Positions 49,135-58,608 of a stretch of DNA of 64,000 nt are shown one piece after another. Each line of letters begins with the position of its first letter. The stretch's first letter is position 1. The notes under the pieces are model-generated. The model ran no database searches, had not been told where the DNA came from, and saw only the letters and a program-made list of their open reading frames with translations. The position numbers were made by a program, and so were the translations under genes. Source of the stretch: a virus; the IMG/VR virus record IMGVR_UViG_3300042879_003514, positions 1 to 64,000 of that record; one strand, 5' to 3'.

Positions 49135-50171
49135 TTACTTATTTTCGCAGTAGTTCTTTTAATACTCATAATATGTGCGAGCAGCAATATTTTTTTGAGT
49201 ATGTGCTAGGATGGAGAGGTCCGTCAAATCAAAAGGCCGACAAAGGGACTATTTGTCATAAAGTATTAGAAATTTTAGCAATTATAAAAAAGAATATTCA
49301 AGATGGTATACCAGAGTTTGAAGATGATTTAATTGGTAAAGTTAGTACAAATAACTATAATTTAGACAATATCATTGAATTAACATATAAATTTTATACA
49401 ACTAATTTTAATCATCATAAGTGGTCCGATAAAGATTTTAAAGATTGTAAATCATGGGTTTACAAAGCTATAGAATATAATAATCGAATGTTTGATCCAA
49501 GAAATAGAGACATATTATGTCCAGAACAACACTTCGATATACTAATCGAAAAACCTTGGGCAAAGTATAGTTATGATTCACCAGATGGTCTGCTAGAAGG
49601 ATACCTTGGTCTTAAAGGCACTATTGACCTTGTTACTAAAATAGATAACAATACTATAGAAGTGATAGATTGGAAAACCGGAAAAAGATTAGATTGGGCC
49701 ACAGGACAAGAAAAAACACCAGAGAAGTTACAAAACGATCCTCAGTTAATGATTTATTATTATGCTATAAGTCGTTTATTTCCAGAATACGAACATATCA
49801 TACTAACCATATATTTTATTAACGATGGTGGTGCGTTCTCAATATTATTTGATAAGAGCGACTTGCTAAGAACAGAAGAAATGCTAAGAAAGAAATTTGA
49901 AATAATAAAACAAACTAAAAAACCAAGGTTGCATCAAACATGGATGTGTAGTAAACTATGTCACTTCGGAAAAACAAGTTTCGCTGACACCCACATCACA
50001 CCAACTATTGAATATAGAGACAATCAACATTGTAAAAAAGATTCAATCATGACAAAGTGTGAACAAGTTAAGCATGATATAGAACTAAAAGGAATGAACG
50101 AAGTTATTAAAGAATATAGATATCATAACCACTCATTTGGAAAATATAAGGCACCCGGTAGCACAGAATGA
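49128..50171 (+). CDS. PD-(D/E)XK (RecB/Cas4-like) exonuclease; probable ATT/ATA start upstream of ATG 49173
   Basis: RSSSFN...CEQQY, GTICH.VLE, KGTIDL, IDWKTG, QL.IY, CSKLCHF; AAGGA RBS at 49114-49118. Confidence 0.85.
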   Translation: MIITYFRSSSFNTHNMCEQQYFFEYVLGWRGPSNQKADKGTICHKVLEILAIIKKNIQDGIPEFEDDLIGKVSTNNYNLDNIIELTYKFYTTNFNHHKWSDKDFKDCKSWVYKAIEYNNRMFDPRNRDILCPEQHFDILIEKPWAKYSYDSPDGLLEGYLGLKGTIDLVTKIDNNTIEVIDWKTGKRLDWATGQEKTPEKLQNDPQLMIYYYAISRLFPEYEHIILTIYFINDGGAFSILFDKSDLLRTEEMLRKKFEIIKQTKKPRLHQTWMCSKLCHFGKTSFADTHITPTIEYRDNQHCKKDSIMTKCEQVKHDIELKGMNEVIKEYRYHNHSFGKYKAPGSTE

Positions 50172-52051
50172 AAAATTATAATCCTTTACATTGTCACTCA
50201 ATGTATTCTTTGCTAGATGGCTTATCTAAGCCGTCTCAAATAGCAGATCGTTGTCAAGAAATTGGAGCAACTGCATGTGCGTTAACAGATCACGGTTCAA
50301 TAGCCGGAGCTATTAAATTTCACAAAGAGATGACTAAGGTTGGAATTAAGCCAATTTTAGGTTGTGAGATTTATCTCTGTAAAGATAGTCCAAATATTCA
50401 AAGTAAAGAAAATAGACATTTAACACATTTTTTGGTATTGGCCAAAAACCTTGAAGGATGGAGAAAACTCATTGGTTTAGTTTCAGAGTCTAACCGTCCA
50501 GATTTTTATTATCACAAGCCCAGACTTGATCTGGAAAATCTAGGGAGGTTCTGCGACGGCAATTTGATTGGAATTTGTGGACATCTAGGATCGTTAATTG
50601 CAGATAATATAATAGATAATGGACAAATAATCTCAGACTGGAAAAACCAAGGAGAAAAAATTATTGGTCAATTAAGAGATATTTTTGGTAAAAATAATAT
50701 TTTTCTAGAATCCCAAATGATGGATCATATAAACACACCCATACAAAAAGAATTGACTGGTTGTATCAGAGAGCTTGGTAGAATAACAGACACTAAAATT
50801 ATTTGTACTCCAGATGCTCATTATGTTAGAAAAGAAGATGCCTCTGATCAAAGAATACTTTTGTGTAATAATCTAAAAACAACCATGCCTGAAATTAGTC
50901 GCAAGATCAATATGAACCAGCCGGTGCCAATGGACTGTTTTTTCTTATCAGATAATTTTCATATACTATCACAAGAAGAGATTAACAATCTTCACACAGA
51001 AGAAGAAATTGAAAATACACAGTTGGTTTCTAATATGTGCGAGTCTTACGATATAAATAGTAGACCAAGATTACCGCCATTTGATTGTAAACCAAACCCA
51101 GATGAGTTCTTAAGACAATTATGTAGAGATGGCTGGAGAGATAAGATAGCCAATAATATAGATAAGCAAAATCAACAAGAATATATAGATCGTATTAAAT
51201 ATGAATTAGATATTTTACAGGGGGCTGGTCTTAGTAGTTATTTCTTGATTGTGCAAGATATCGTGAACCATGTTAAAATGAACGACTGGCTACCCGGACC
51301 AGGAAGAGGATCTGCTGCTGGTTGTTTAGTTTCATATCTAATAGGTATAACTAATATTGATCCTATAAAATACAGTTTATTGTTTGATAGATTTTATAAT
51401 TCTGGTCGTAATACAAAAGATAGAGTTAGTATGCCAGATATTGATGTTGATGTACCAATAGAAAAAAGAGAAGACATTATTACGTATATTAAAAATAAGT
51501 ATGGTAATAATCAGGTTTCTCAGATGGTTACTTTTAATACGATTAAGGGTCGTGGTGCTATAAAGGATGTTCTCAGAGTTTATGGTAACATATCTTTTGA
51601 GGAAATGAATAGAATTACCAAAAATATACCAGACGAAGCTAAAATAGCAGACGAGTTGCAAGAAATGAAGGACGAATACGGCGAAGCCTCTATCATAAGA
51701 TGGGCTTTAGAAAACCAAGGAGAAAAACTCAAAGATTGGTGTCATATTGACGAAAATAATGAATTACAAGGACCACTTGCAAAAAGATTTGAGCAGGCTA
51801 TAAGATTAGAGGGTACTAAAGTTAACCAATCTAAACATGCCGCTGGGGTAGTTATAGCAGATACAGATTTGTCAACAATTTGCCCAACTATTTATGACAC
51901 AAAAACAAAAACAAAAATTGCTGGTATGGAAATGGAAGACTTAGAAAGTATTGGAATTGTTAAATTTGATATTCTAGGTGTTGCGATGCTGGATAAAATT
52001 ATGTATATTTCTAAATATCTTAAAGAAGGAGTTACAGATGAAATTTCATGA
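50168..52051 (+). CDS. dnaE: DNA polymerase III alpha, N-terminal part (PHP + palm/thumb)
   Basis: HCHSMYSLLDG, TDHG, DAHY, GRGSAAG, PDIDVD, HAAGVVI, KFDILG, then stop. Confidence 0.93.
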   Translation: MKNYNPLHCHSMYSLLDGLSKPSQIADRCQEIGATACALTDHGSIAGAIKFHKEMTKVGIKPILGCEIYLCKDSPNIQSKENRHLTHFLVLAKNLEGWRKLIGLVSESNRPDFYYHKPRLDLENLGRFCDGNLIGICGHLGSLIADNIIDNGQIISDWKNQGEKIIGQLRDIFGKNNIFLESQMMDHINTPIQKELTGCIRELGRITDTKIICTPDAHYVRKEDASDQRILLCNNLKTTMPEISRKINMNQPVPMDCFFLSDNFHILSQEEINNLHTEEEIENTQLVSNMCESYDINSRPRLPPFDCKPNPDEFLRQLCRDGWRDKIANNIDKQNQQEYIDRIKYELDILQGAGLSSYFLIVQDIVNHVKMNDWLPGPGRGSAAGCLVSYLIGITNIDPIKYSLLFDRFYNSGRNTKDRVSMPDIDVDVPIEKREDIITYIKNKYGNNQVSQMVTFNTIKGRGAIKDVLRVYGNISFEEMNRITKNIPDEAKIADELQEMKDEYGEASIIRWALENQGEKLKDWCHIDENNELQGPLAKRFEQAIRLEGTKVNQSKHAAGVVIADTDLSTICPTIYDTKTKTKIAGMEMEDLESIGIVKFDILGVAMLDKIMYISKYLKEGVTDEIS

Positions 52052-52214
52052 ATTGCAGATAAATGCTAAGTTCAAACATAATGGCACTATTTATGTTAAA
52101 ATCCCAGCAGAAAAAGCAAACTGCTGTAAGACAACTGCTAATTGTCAAAATTGGGAAACAAAACAAAAGGCAAAAATATCACCAGAAGATGAAGTTGAAG
52201 AGGTACAATCCTAA
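52038..52214 (+). CDS. small Cys-containing protein between the dnaE halves
   Basis: AAGGAG RBS before ATG 52038; ANCCK..ANC. Confidence 0.7.
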   Translation: MKFHELQINAKFKHNGTIYVKIPAEKANCCKTTANCQNWETKQKAKISPEDEVEEVQS

Positions 52215-52220
52215 TTATTT

Positions 52221-52916
52221 ATGTTAACTAAAAAAATTTGTGTTTTTGATTTTGAAACTGATGGCTCTGATCCAGAATCATGTAGTCCTGTTCAATTAGC
52301 CGCAATCATGATTGATCCTGTCAAGTTAGAAATAATTGATGGATCAGAATTTAATGTTCATTGTAAGCCAGAAGTAATAGAAAAAAATCCCGACTATATT
52401 TATGAAACTGATATTATAGATTTTCATTCTAGAGTGAAAGGATGTAGTCAAGAAGATATTTATAAAGAGTGGAGACAATATCCTTCTCAACAAATAGCAT
52501 GGAATTCTTTTATTTCATATTTAGACAAGTATCATTGCTTTGGTAGAAAGAAAAAAAATATATTTACAGCACCTATAGCTGCTGGATATAATATTAATAG
52601 ATTTGATTTAAAAATTATCAATAGACTAAGCCAGAAATACAAGACTATTGAACCAAAAGAAAAAACATCATCTCTGTTTTATCCAAGAGATGTTCTTGAT
52701 ATTATGAATTTAGTTTTTTATTGGTTTGAAAGTTCGGATCTAAAAAGTTATTCTTTGGATACTGTTAGAGAATATCTTGGTATTTCAAAAGATGGTGCTC
52801 ACGATGCCTTGAAAGACGTTAAAGACTGTGCTATGATACTAACTAGGTTTATGAGATTGCACAGGAAATTATGTCCAAAAATTTCATTTAAAGGATCTTT
52901 TTTGAATGACGATTAA
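52221..52916 (+). CDS. DnaQ-like DEDDh 3'-5' exonuclease
   Basis: FDFETDG, GYNINRFD, HDALKD. Confidence 0.9.
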   Translation: MLTKKICVFDFETDGSDPESCSPVQLAAIMIDPVKLEIIDGSEFNVHCKPEVIEKNPDYIYETDIIDFHSRVKGCSQEDIYKEWRQYPSQQIAWNSFISYLDKYHCFGRKKKNIFTAPIAAGYNINRFDLKIINRLSQKYKTIEPKEKTSSLFYPRDVLDIMNLVFYWFESSDLKSYSLDTVREYLGISKDGAHDALKDVKDCAMILTRFMRLHRKLCPKISFKGSFLNDD

Positions 52917-54504
52917 GTTTAATTGCGGTTGTGAATTCAATAGTAATAGTGATAGTAAATTACATATTGATTATGATATAAATAAAATAAAGTTTGATTG
53001 CCCAAAAACTTGGGATATGATTTCTGAAGGAAACACTAAAGGTGTTTTTCAATTAGAGTCTAGGTTAGGGCAGAGTATGGCTAAAAAACTTAAGCCCGAA
53101 AATATTGAGCAATTAGCCGCGCTAATTAGTATCATGAGACCGGGTTCTCTAGAAGCTTTTAGAGAAGGTAAAAGTGTTAGTAATCATTATATAGACAAAA
53201 AGAATGGTCAAGAAAGTCTTGATTATTTTCATCCTACATTAGAGCCATGTTTAAAGGCTACTTATGGAGAAATGATTTATCAAGAACAGGCTATGGAAAT
53301 TGCCAAAGTGGTTGCTGGATTTGATCTACAAGAAGCTGATATGTTAAGAAAAGCTATTGGTAAGAAAAAACCAGAAGAAATGGCCAAAATCAAAAATAAA
53401 TTCATTAGCGGATGCAATAATCTTGGCAAGGTTACTAATAATGAAGCGGAGCAGTTGTTTGGTTGGATAGAAAAAAGTCAAAGGTATTCATTTAATAAAA
53501 GCCATGCTGTTAGTTATGCTGTAAATGCCTTTATGTCCGCTCATGCTAAGGCTCATTTTCCTACTATCTTTTTCTTATCATATCTTAGACTAGCCAAAGA
53601 TAAAATAGATCCTCAAGAAGAAATTCTTGAATTGATCATTAATGCTAAGTCTATGGATATAGATATTTTTTGTCCCACTATGGTGCTTAAAAATAAAGAT
53701 TTTAAAATTCAAAATAAAAAGATATATTTTGGATTAACTAATATCAAGGGTGTTGGTCAATCTGTGTTTGATAAATTATATGGAATTATTGCCGATATAG
53801 ATTTAATTAAATACACTTGGAGCGAAACATTATTTTATATATTATTAAATATTAATTCGACAGCAGCCAAAGCATTGATTCAGTCTGGTGCGTTAGATTA
53901 CTTAAAAGTCTCAAGAAATCAAATGCTATATGAGTTTAATCTGGTCTGCGAACTGACAAAAAAAGAAACTGAAAATACAATTAAATTAATCAAAGATAAT
54001 CCAAAATTACAAATCATTGAGTTAATAAGGCAGTTAATCGCTAATACCAAAATTTCTAAGAATAGACAGCAAAAAGTCCTAAGTATAGTTAATCAACTAT
54101 CAGAACCACCATATTCTCTTGTAGATAGTCCAGAATGGATATCTGATAACGAAAGAGAATTACTGGGTGCTCCAATAACCTGTACTAAAACAGATTCTTA
54201 TGATTCATCATACGCAAATACTGATTGTAAAGATATTCGTAATTTTCCAGATACTAAACAGTTTTTTATTATAGCAGAAATTCAATCTGTTAATATTATT
54301 GTAACTAAGCGTGGAAGATCTCCTGGAAAAGAAATGTGTTTTATACAAATATCAGACTCTTATGGCAGTCTAGATTGTGTATTATTTCCAGAAGAATTTG
54401 CCGAGAATAAAGCATTATTACAGGCTGGTAGAGTATTGATGTTTAATGGACAGAAGTCAAAAAAGGATAGTTCTGTGATCATAAAAAAAATCTTTGTTGT
54501 ATAG
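52906..54504 (+). CDS. dnaE: DNA polymerase III alpha, C-terminal part (fingers, HhH, OB)
   Basis: GVFQLES, RPG, YQEQAM, ADMLRKAIGKKK, YSFNKSHA, GLTNIKGVG, LIQSGALD, OB-fold M.F..ISD. Confidence 0.93.
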   Translation: MTIKFNCGCEFNSNSDSKLHIDYDINKIKFDCPKTWDMISEGNTKGVFQLESRLGQSMAKKLKPENIEQLAALISIMRPGSLEAFREGKSVSNHYIDKKNGQESLDYFHPTLEPCLKATYGEMIYQEQAMEIAKVVAGFDLQEADMLRKAIGKKKPEEMAKIKNKFISGCNNLGKVTNNEAEQLFGWIEKSQRYSFNKSHAVSYAVNAFMSAHAKAHFPTIFFLSYLRLAKDKIDPQEEILELIINAKSMDIDIFCPTMVLKNKDFKIQNKKIYFGLTNIKGVGQSVFDKLYGIIADIDLIKYTWSETLFYILLNINSTAAKALIQSGALDYLKVSRNQMLYEFNLVCELTKKETENTIKLIKDNPKLQIIELIRQLIANTKISKNRQQKVLSIVNQLSEPPYSLVDSPEWISDNERELLGAPITCTKTDSYDSSYANTDCKDIRNFPDTKQFFIIAEIQSVNIIVTKRGRSPGKEMCFIQISDSYGSLDCVLFPEEFAENKALLQAGRVLMFNGQKSKKDSSVIIKKIFVV

Positions 54505-54505
54505 C

Positions 54506-54533
54506 TTGACACTCAGACCACAATCTGTATAAT
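54506..54533 (+). promoter_or_regulatory. consensus sigma70-like promoter for ssb
   Basis: TTGACA-N16-TATAAT. Confidence 0.85.
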
Positions 54534-54578
54534 AAAGTAGAATGTGTTTCTTCTTTTAGCAACTTAAGGAGTTTTGAA

Positions 54579-54944
54579 ATGAATATTGTTTTACTACGAG
54601 GAAATTTGACAAGAGACCCAGAGCTAAGAACAGTTAATAGTGGAGAAAAGCAAACATCTGTTGTTTCTTTTACTGTTGCTGTTTCTAGAGATTTTACCAG
54701 AGCTAATGGAACCAAGGATAAAATCGTATCTTATCTTCTATGTGAAGCATGGGATAGTGGAGCAGAGATAATCGGAGAATCCTTTAGGAAGGGTGATTTG
54801 GTTATGGTTGAAGGAAGTCTTCGTAATGATTCTTGGGAAAAGGATGGTGTCAAACATTCCACACTAAAGGTAAGAGTTAATAATTTTTCTAAGATCACAA
54901 AGCTTAAGAAAAAGGAAGTTTCAGAAGAAAGCGTTTCTTTCTAA
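54579..54944 (+). CDS. ssb: single-stranded DNA-binding protein
   Basis: MN.V.L.GNLTRDPELR, F.VAVSR, AW, KG..V.VEG.L...W; acidic/Phe C-terminus. Confidence 0.93.
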   Translation: MNIVLLRGNLTRDPELRTVNSGEKQTSVVSFTVAVSRDFTRANGTKDKIVSYLLCEAWDSGAEIIGESFRKGDLVMVEGSLRNDSWEKDGVKHSTLKVRVNNFSKITKLKKKEVSEESVSF

Positions 54945-54976
54945 GATAATTAATCACACAACCATTAACACAAACT

Positions 54977-54999
54977 AGGGGCGACAACGCCCCTTTTTT
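54977..54999 (+). terminator. intrinsic terminator
   Basis: AGGGGCG-acaa-CGCCCCT followed by a T-tract. Confidence 0.88.
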
Positions 55000-55009
55000 G
55001 TAAAATTAT

Positions 55010-56602
55010 ATGAAAAAAAAACGAATATTAATGTGTGCAGAAGCACATGATATAAATTCTGGATTTGGTAGATATACCAAGGAAATACTACAAAGATTAT
55101 ATAATAATCCTAATTATGAGATCGCAGAATTTGCTTCTTATTTTAACTATGGTAAAACAAAAACAGTACCGTGGAAAGTTTATGCAAATGCTGTAGATGA
55201 CTCTCATCCGGAAGCCGAGAACTACAAAAAAAATCCACTTAATCAATTTGGTTTATGGCGTTTCGATAAAGTGGTATCTCATTTCAAGCCAGATATTGTT
55301 TTTGATATTAGAGATTATTGGATGTTTGCTTATCAAGAGATGTCTGCGTTTAGAAAATATTTTCATTGGGTAATTGCTCCTACTGTAGACTCTATACCTC
55401 AAAGAACAGAGTGGTTGAAAACTTTTGAAAACGCAGATGTTGTTCTTACTCATACAGACTGGGCTGGCGATTATTTGAGATCATTAAATAGAAAAATAAA
55501 TGTTGGCGGTTGTGTGTCTGATTCTGTTGATCCAGACACTTTTAAGCCCGTAAATTGGACAAAAAACTTTCATAAGACTAGGTATAATATACCATCAAAT
55601 TCTGTTGTTATTGGTTCTGTTATGAGAAATCAGAAACGCAAATTAATAGCAGAATTATTCTCAAGTCTTAAAAAATTATTATCCATATCTAGTAATAAAA
55701 ATATATATTTGTATCTACATACGTCTTTTCCAGAACCTGCTGGATGGGACATACCGCAATTACTACAAGAATATGGGGTATATAACAATGTTTTATTTAC
55801 CTATTATAATCCACAATCTAAGAATATTCTAGTTTCTCCATTCAAAGGAGCAATTTTTGCAAACGACAAGAACGAAACTTATATATTTCCTAATGTGGTA
55901 AATGGCGTAAACAACGACCAACTATGTGAAATTTATAATTTATTTGATATTTATGTTCAGTATGCAATTTGCGAAGGTTTGGGCATACCACAGTTAGAGG
56001 CAGCGGCTTGTGGAATACCATTATTTTCTGTTAATTATAGTGGAATGGAAGAAATTACCTCTAAAGTAGATGGAGTAAAACTCCGCTATTTATTAAGTAA
56101 AGAATTGGAGACGGGTTCTGATAGAGCAACACCAGACAATGATCATCTAATTGCAGAAATTTTAAAATGGATGGATAAATCAACTCTAGAAAAGAAAAAA
56201 ATATCTAAAAGAACAAGAGAATTATTAGTTGATAATTATAGCTGGGATATAACTGCTAATAATTTAATGAAAGTATTTGATAGTTTGGAACCAAAAAACA
56301 TATGGCATGAGCCTTTACAATTTAACACTTCCTTAAGTGCTCCTATTTCACTACCAAATCGTAGTTTTATTAATTTTGTTATTGATAATATTCTTATGGA
56401 ACCAAAGTTAAAAAATACACATTTTGCACAATCTATAATAAAAAATTTAGACGAATCGTGTTTTGGTCTTAGTCAAGACTTGGTAATTAAAAAAAGACAA
56501 GAAGCACTAAAGCCACTAGAAATGTATATGAATAGTAAAATGTCATGTGAACAAATTAGGTCGGGGCAAACTATTCTTTCTGATGACTTTTTATCTCAAT
56601 GA
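55010..56602 (+). CDS. GT4-family glycosyltransferase
   Basis: SGFGRY, RNQKRK, EGLGIPQLEAAACGIP, YSWD. Confidence 0.85.
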   Translation: MKKKRILMCAEAHDINSGFGRYTKEILQRLYNNPNYEIAEFASYFNYGKTKTVPWKVYANAVDDSHPEAENYKKNPLNQFGLWRFDKVVSHFKPDIVFDIRDYWMFAYQEMSAFRKYFHWVIAPTVDSIPQRTEWLKTFENADVVLTHTDWAGDYLRSLNRKINVGGCVSDSVDPDTFKPVNWTKNFHKTRYNIPSNSVVIGSVMRNQKRKLIAELFSSLKKLLSISSNKNIYLYLHTSFPEPAGWDIPQLLQEYGVYNNVLFTYYNPQSKNILVSPFKGAIFANDKNETYIFPNVVNGVNNDQLCEIYNLFDIYVQYAICEGLGIPQLEAAACGIPLFSVNYSGMEEITSKVDGVKLRYLLSKELETGSDRATPDNDHLIAEILKWMDKSTLEKKKISKRTRELLVDNYSWDITANNLMKVFDSLEPKNIWHEPLQFNTSLSAPISLPNRSFINFVIDNILMEPKLKNTHFAQSIIKNLDESCFGLSQDLVIKKRQEALKPLEMYMNSKMSCEQIRSGQTILSDDFLSQ

Positions 56603-57699
56603 GTAATATTCTATATATAGGTCCGTATCGTGAATTTACAGGAATGGGTAATGCTGCCAGACAGTATATCAAAGCATTGTTAGTTGCTGGACACAATATT
56701 GGTATTCGTCCAATATACAATATATTTAAGGCATATCCAGAAAAAGATATTGATTATGAAATACTAGAACTAGAATCTAATATTTCTAAGCCATATGATA
56801 TTCTAATTCAACACTGCTATCCACACCAACTGTATTACGATAATCGTTTTCAAAAAAATATTGGTATTATACATTTAGAATCTAATAATTATTATTCTAA
56901 TCTTAGTAATTATATCAATATGATGGATGAAATTATTGTGGGGAGTAATTTCGTACATAAAACTTTGTCTTCTATTAATTTTGACAAACCAATTAAGGTT
57001 GTGCCAGAGCCTATAGATTTAGAATTTATTAAAAAATATAGAGATAATAATGCTAGATCTATTAAAAATAACTATTCTTTTTATGCTATTGGGGATCTAT
57101 CAGAAAGAAAAAATCTATATGAGATTGTAAAAGCTTTTGTTGTAGCATACGATACCGATGATAATGTTGATTTAGTTTTAAAAATTATTAGCAATCAGGA
57201 AAGAGTAGCTACTGATCAAGAAATTGAGTATGAATTAAATAAAATATATTCACGAATCAAGAAAAACTATGAGAAGCGCCCCCGCATAGTATTTGGAGAT
57301 ATAGACTACCATTCAATGCTTTATCTACACAATAATAATGACTGTTTTATAAATGTATCTAGCGGCGAAAGTTTTGGTTATTCTACTTTAGAAGCTATGG
57401 CTTTTAATAATCAACTTATCGTAAACGATCATATTGGCAGCTCTGAGATTATTGATGAAGATTGTGGCTTATTTAATAATGTCTACAAAAGAAGTTGCGA
57501 AGATTCATCAAGACTATACCATATATATAATTCTTATCATCAGTCTTGGCACAAGCCAGAAATTGATAGTTTAATTGTAAATATGAACACGGCAAGAAAT
57601 GAATCTAAAGAAAATCGTGAAAAAAGAGTAGAAAAACAAAATGATAGACTAAATAATTTTTCTATAGAATCAATATCTAAAACATTAATTAATATATGA
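56599..57699 (+). CDS. GT4-family glycosyltransferase
   Basis: TGMGNAAR, ERKNL, GESFGYSTLEAMA. Confidence 0.85.
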   Translation: MSNILYIGPYREFTGMGNAARQYIKALLVAGHNIGIRPIYNIFKAYPEKDIDYEILELESNISKPYDILIQHCYPHQLYYDNRFQKNIGIIHLESNNYYSNLSNYINMMDEIIVGSNFVHKTLSSINFDKPIKVVPEPIDLEFIKKYRDNNARSIKNNYSFYAIGDLSERKNLYEIVKAFVVAYDTDDNVDLVLKIISNQERVATDQEIEYELNKIYSRIKKNYEKRPRIVFGDIDYHSMLYLHNNNDCFINVSSGESFGYSTLEAMAFNNQLIVNDHIGSSEIIDEDCGLFNNVYKRSCEDSSRLYHIYNSYHQSWHKPEIDSLIVNMNTARNESKENREKRVEKQNDRLNNFSIESISKTLINI

Positions 57700-58163
57700 T
57701 ATCATCAATAGTACATAGAGAGTTTACTGATATTGGAGATACTATTAATATAGCATGGACTCCTTGTGATAATATATTGTTTAAAAAATTTATTCAAGAC
57801 ACTTGTTCTCCTTGCAACTTATTAGACCTAAATGAAACATACTATGGAATTAATGATATTACTTTGATTTTATGCAATAATCGGCTTACTCATTTAGAAA
57901 GATCCCTAGAACTTGCAAAATTTCTATGTTGTCCTATATTAATAGTAGATCATGAAATCAAATCTAGTCATATCAAGGATGAAATTAATACTTCTTTTTT
58001 AATTAAACAAGTTTATTCTGTTGCTTTGTCAGAGCAAATTGCGGCATCTTGGGGCTCAATTCATGATAATATCATATCTTTTAATGATTTAGATATAAGC
58101 AATAAAGAAATATGGAGAAATCTAATTTTCCAACTATCTAAAACTAATATAACAATAACATAA
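57696..58163 (+). CDS. hypothetical protein (possible degenerate GT-B domain)
   Basis: ATGA coupling in GT operon. Confidence 0.5.
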   Translation: MISSIVHREFTDIGDTINIAWTPCDNILFKKFIQDTCSPCNLLDLNETYYGINDITLILCNNRLTHLERSLELAKFLCCPILIVDHEIKSSHIKDEINTSFLIKQVYSVALSEQIAASWGSIHDNIISFNDLDISNKEIWRNLIFQLSKTNITIT

Positions 58164-58164
58164 A

Positions 58165-58608
58165 ATGAAAAATAAAACAAAATATAAAAAATATTATATT
58201 CATATAAATAAGCCTCAAATTGAGGTTAATGATTTTGAATTTTATGAAATAAGCAAGTTAAATAAATTAAAAGATAATTCAATCTCTGAGGTATTAATAT
58301 ACGATTTGCTTGAATATATCAATTATGTTGATATTTATGAAATTTTTAAAACAATAACCGAGAAAGTTGTGGTTGATGGAAAAATACATATTCAAGGTAC
58401 AGATCTAAAGTCTTTGTGTTTGGCTGTTTTAGATAGTCAAATAGATTCTAATATTTTTCGCTCAATTCTGTTTGGGTTAAATAAAAAAAATATAATGTCG
58501 TTAAACGACACTCGCAAACTTATTGATTCATTTAGTAACATAACTGTTAATAAAATTAAGTTTTTAAATGGAGTACAATACTATATAGAATGCTTAAAAA
58601 ATGAATAA
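58165..58608 (+). CDS. degenerate methyltransferase-like protein
   Basis: DNSISEV..YDLLEY...DGKIHIQGTD resembles the class I MTase C-half; no GxG motif. Confidence 0.45.
   Translation: MKNKTKYKKYYIHINKPQIEVNDFEFYEISKLNKLKDNSISEVLIYDLLEYINYVDIYEIFKTITEKVVVDGKIHIQGTDLKSLCLAVLDSQIDSNIFRSILFGLNKKNIMSLNDTRKLIDSFSNITVNKIKFLNGVQYYIECLKNE

Noticed and set aside
49128-50171. CRISPR-Cas (Cas4-like nuclease)
   Set aside because: No array or other cas genes; the replication context fits a stand-alone phage exonuclease.
51900-53100. Split intein or intron at the dnaE break
   Set aside because: No intein N- or C-terminal motifs; the intervening DNA is two ordinary ORFs.
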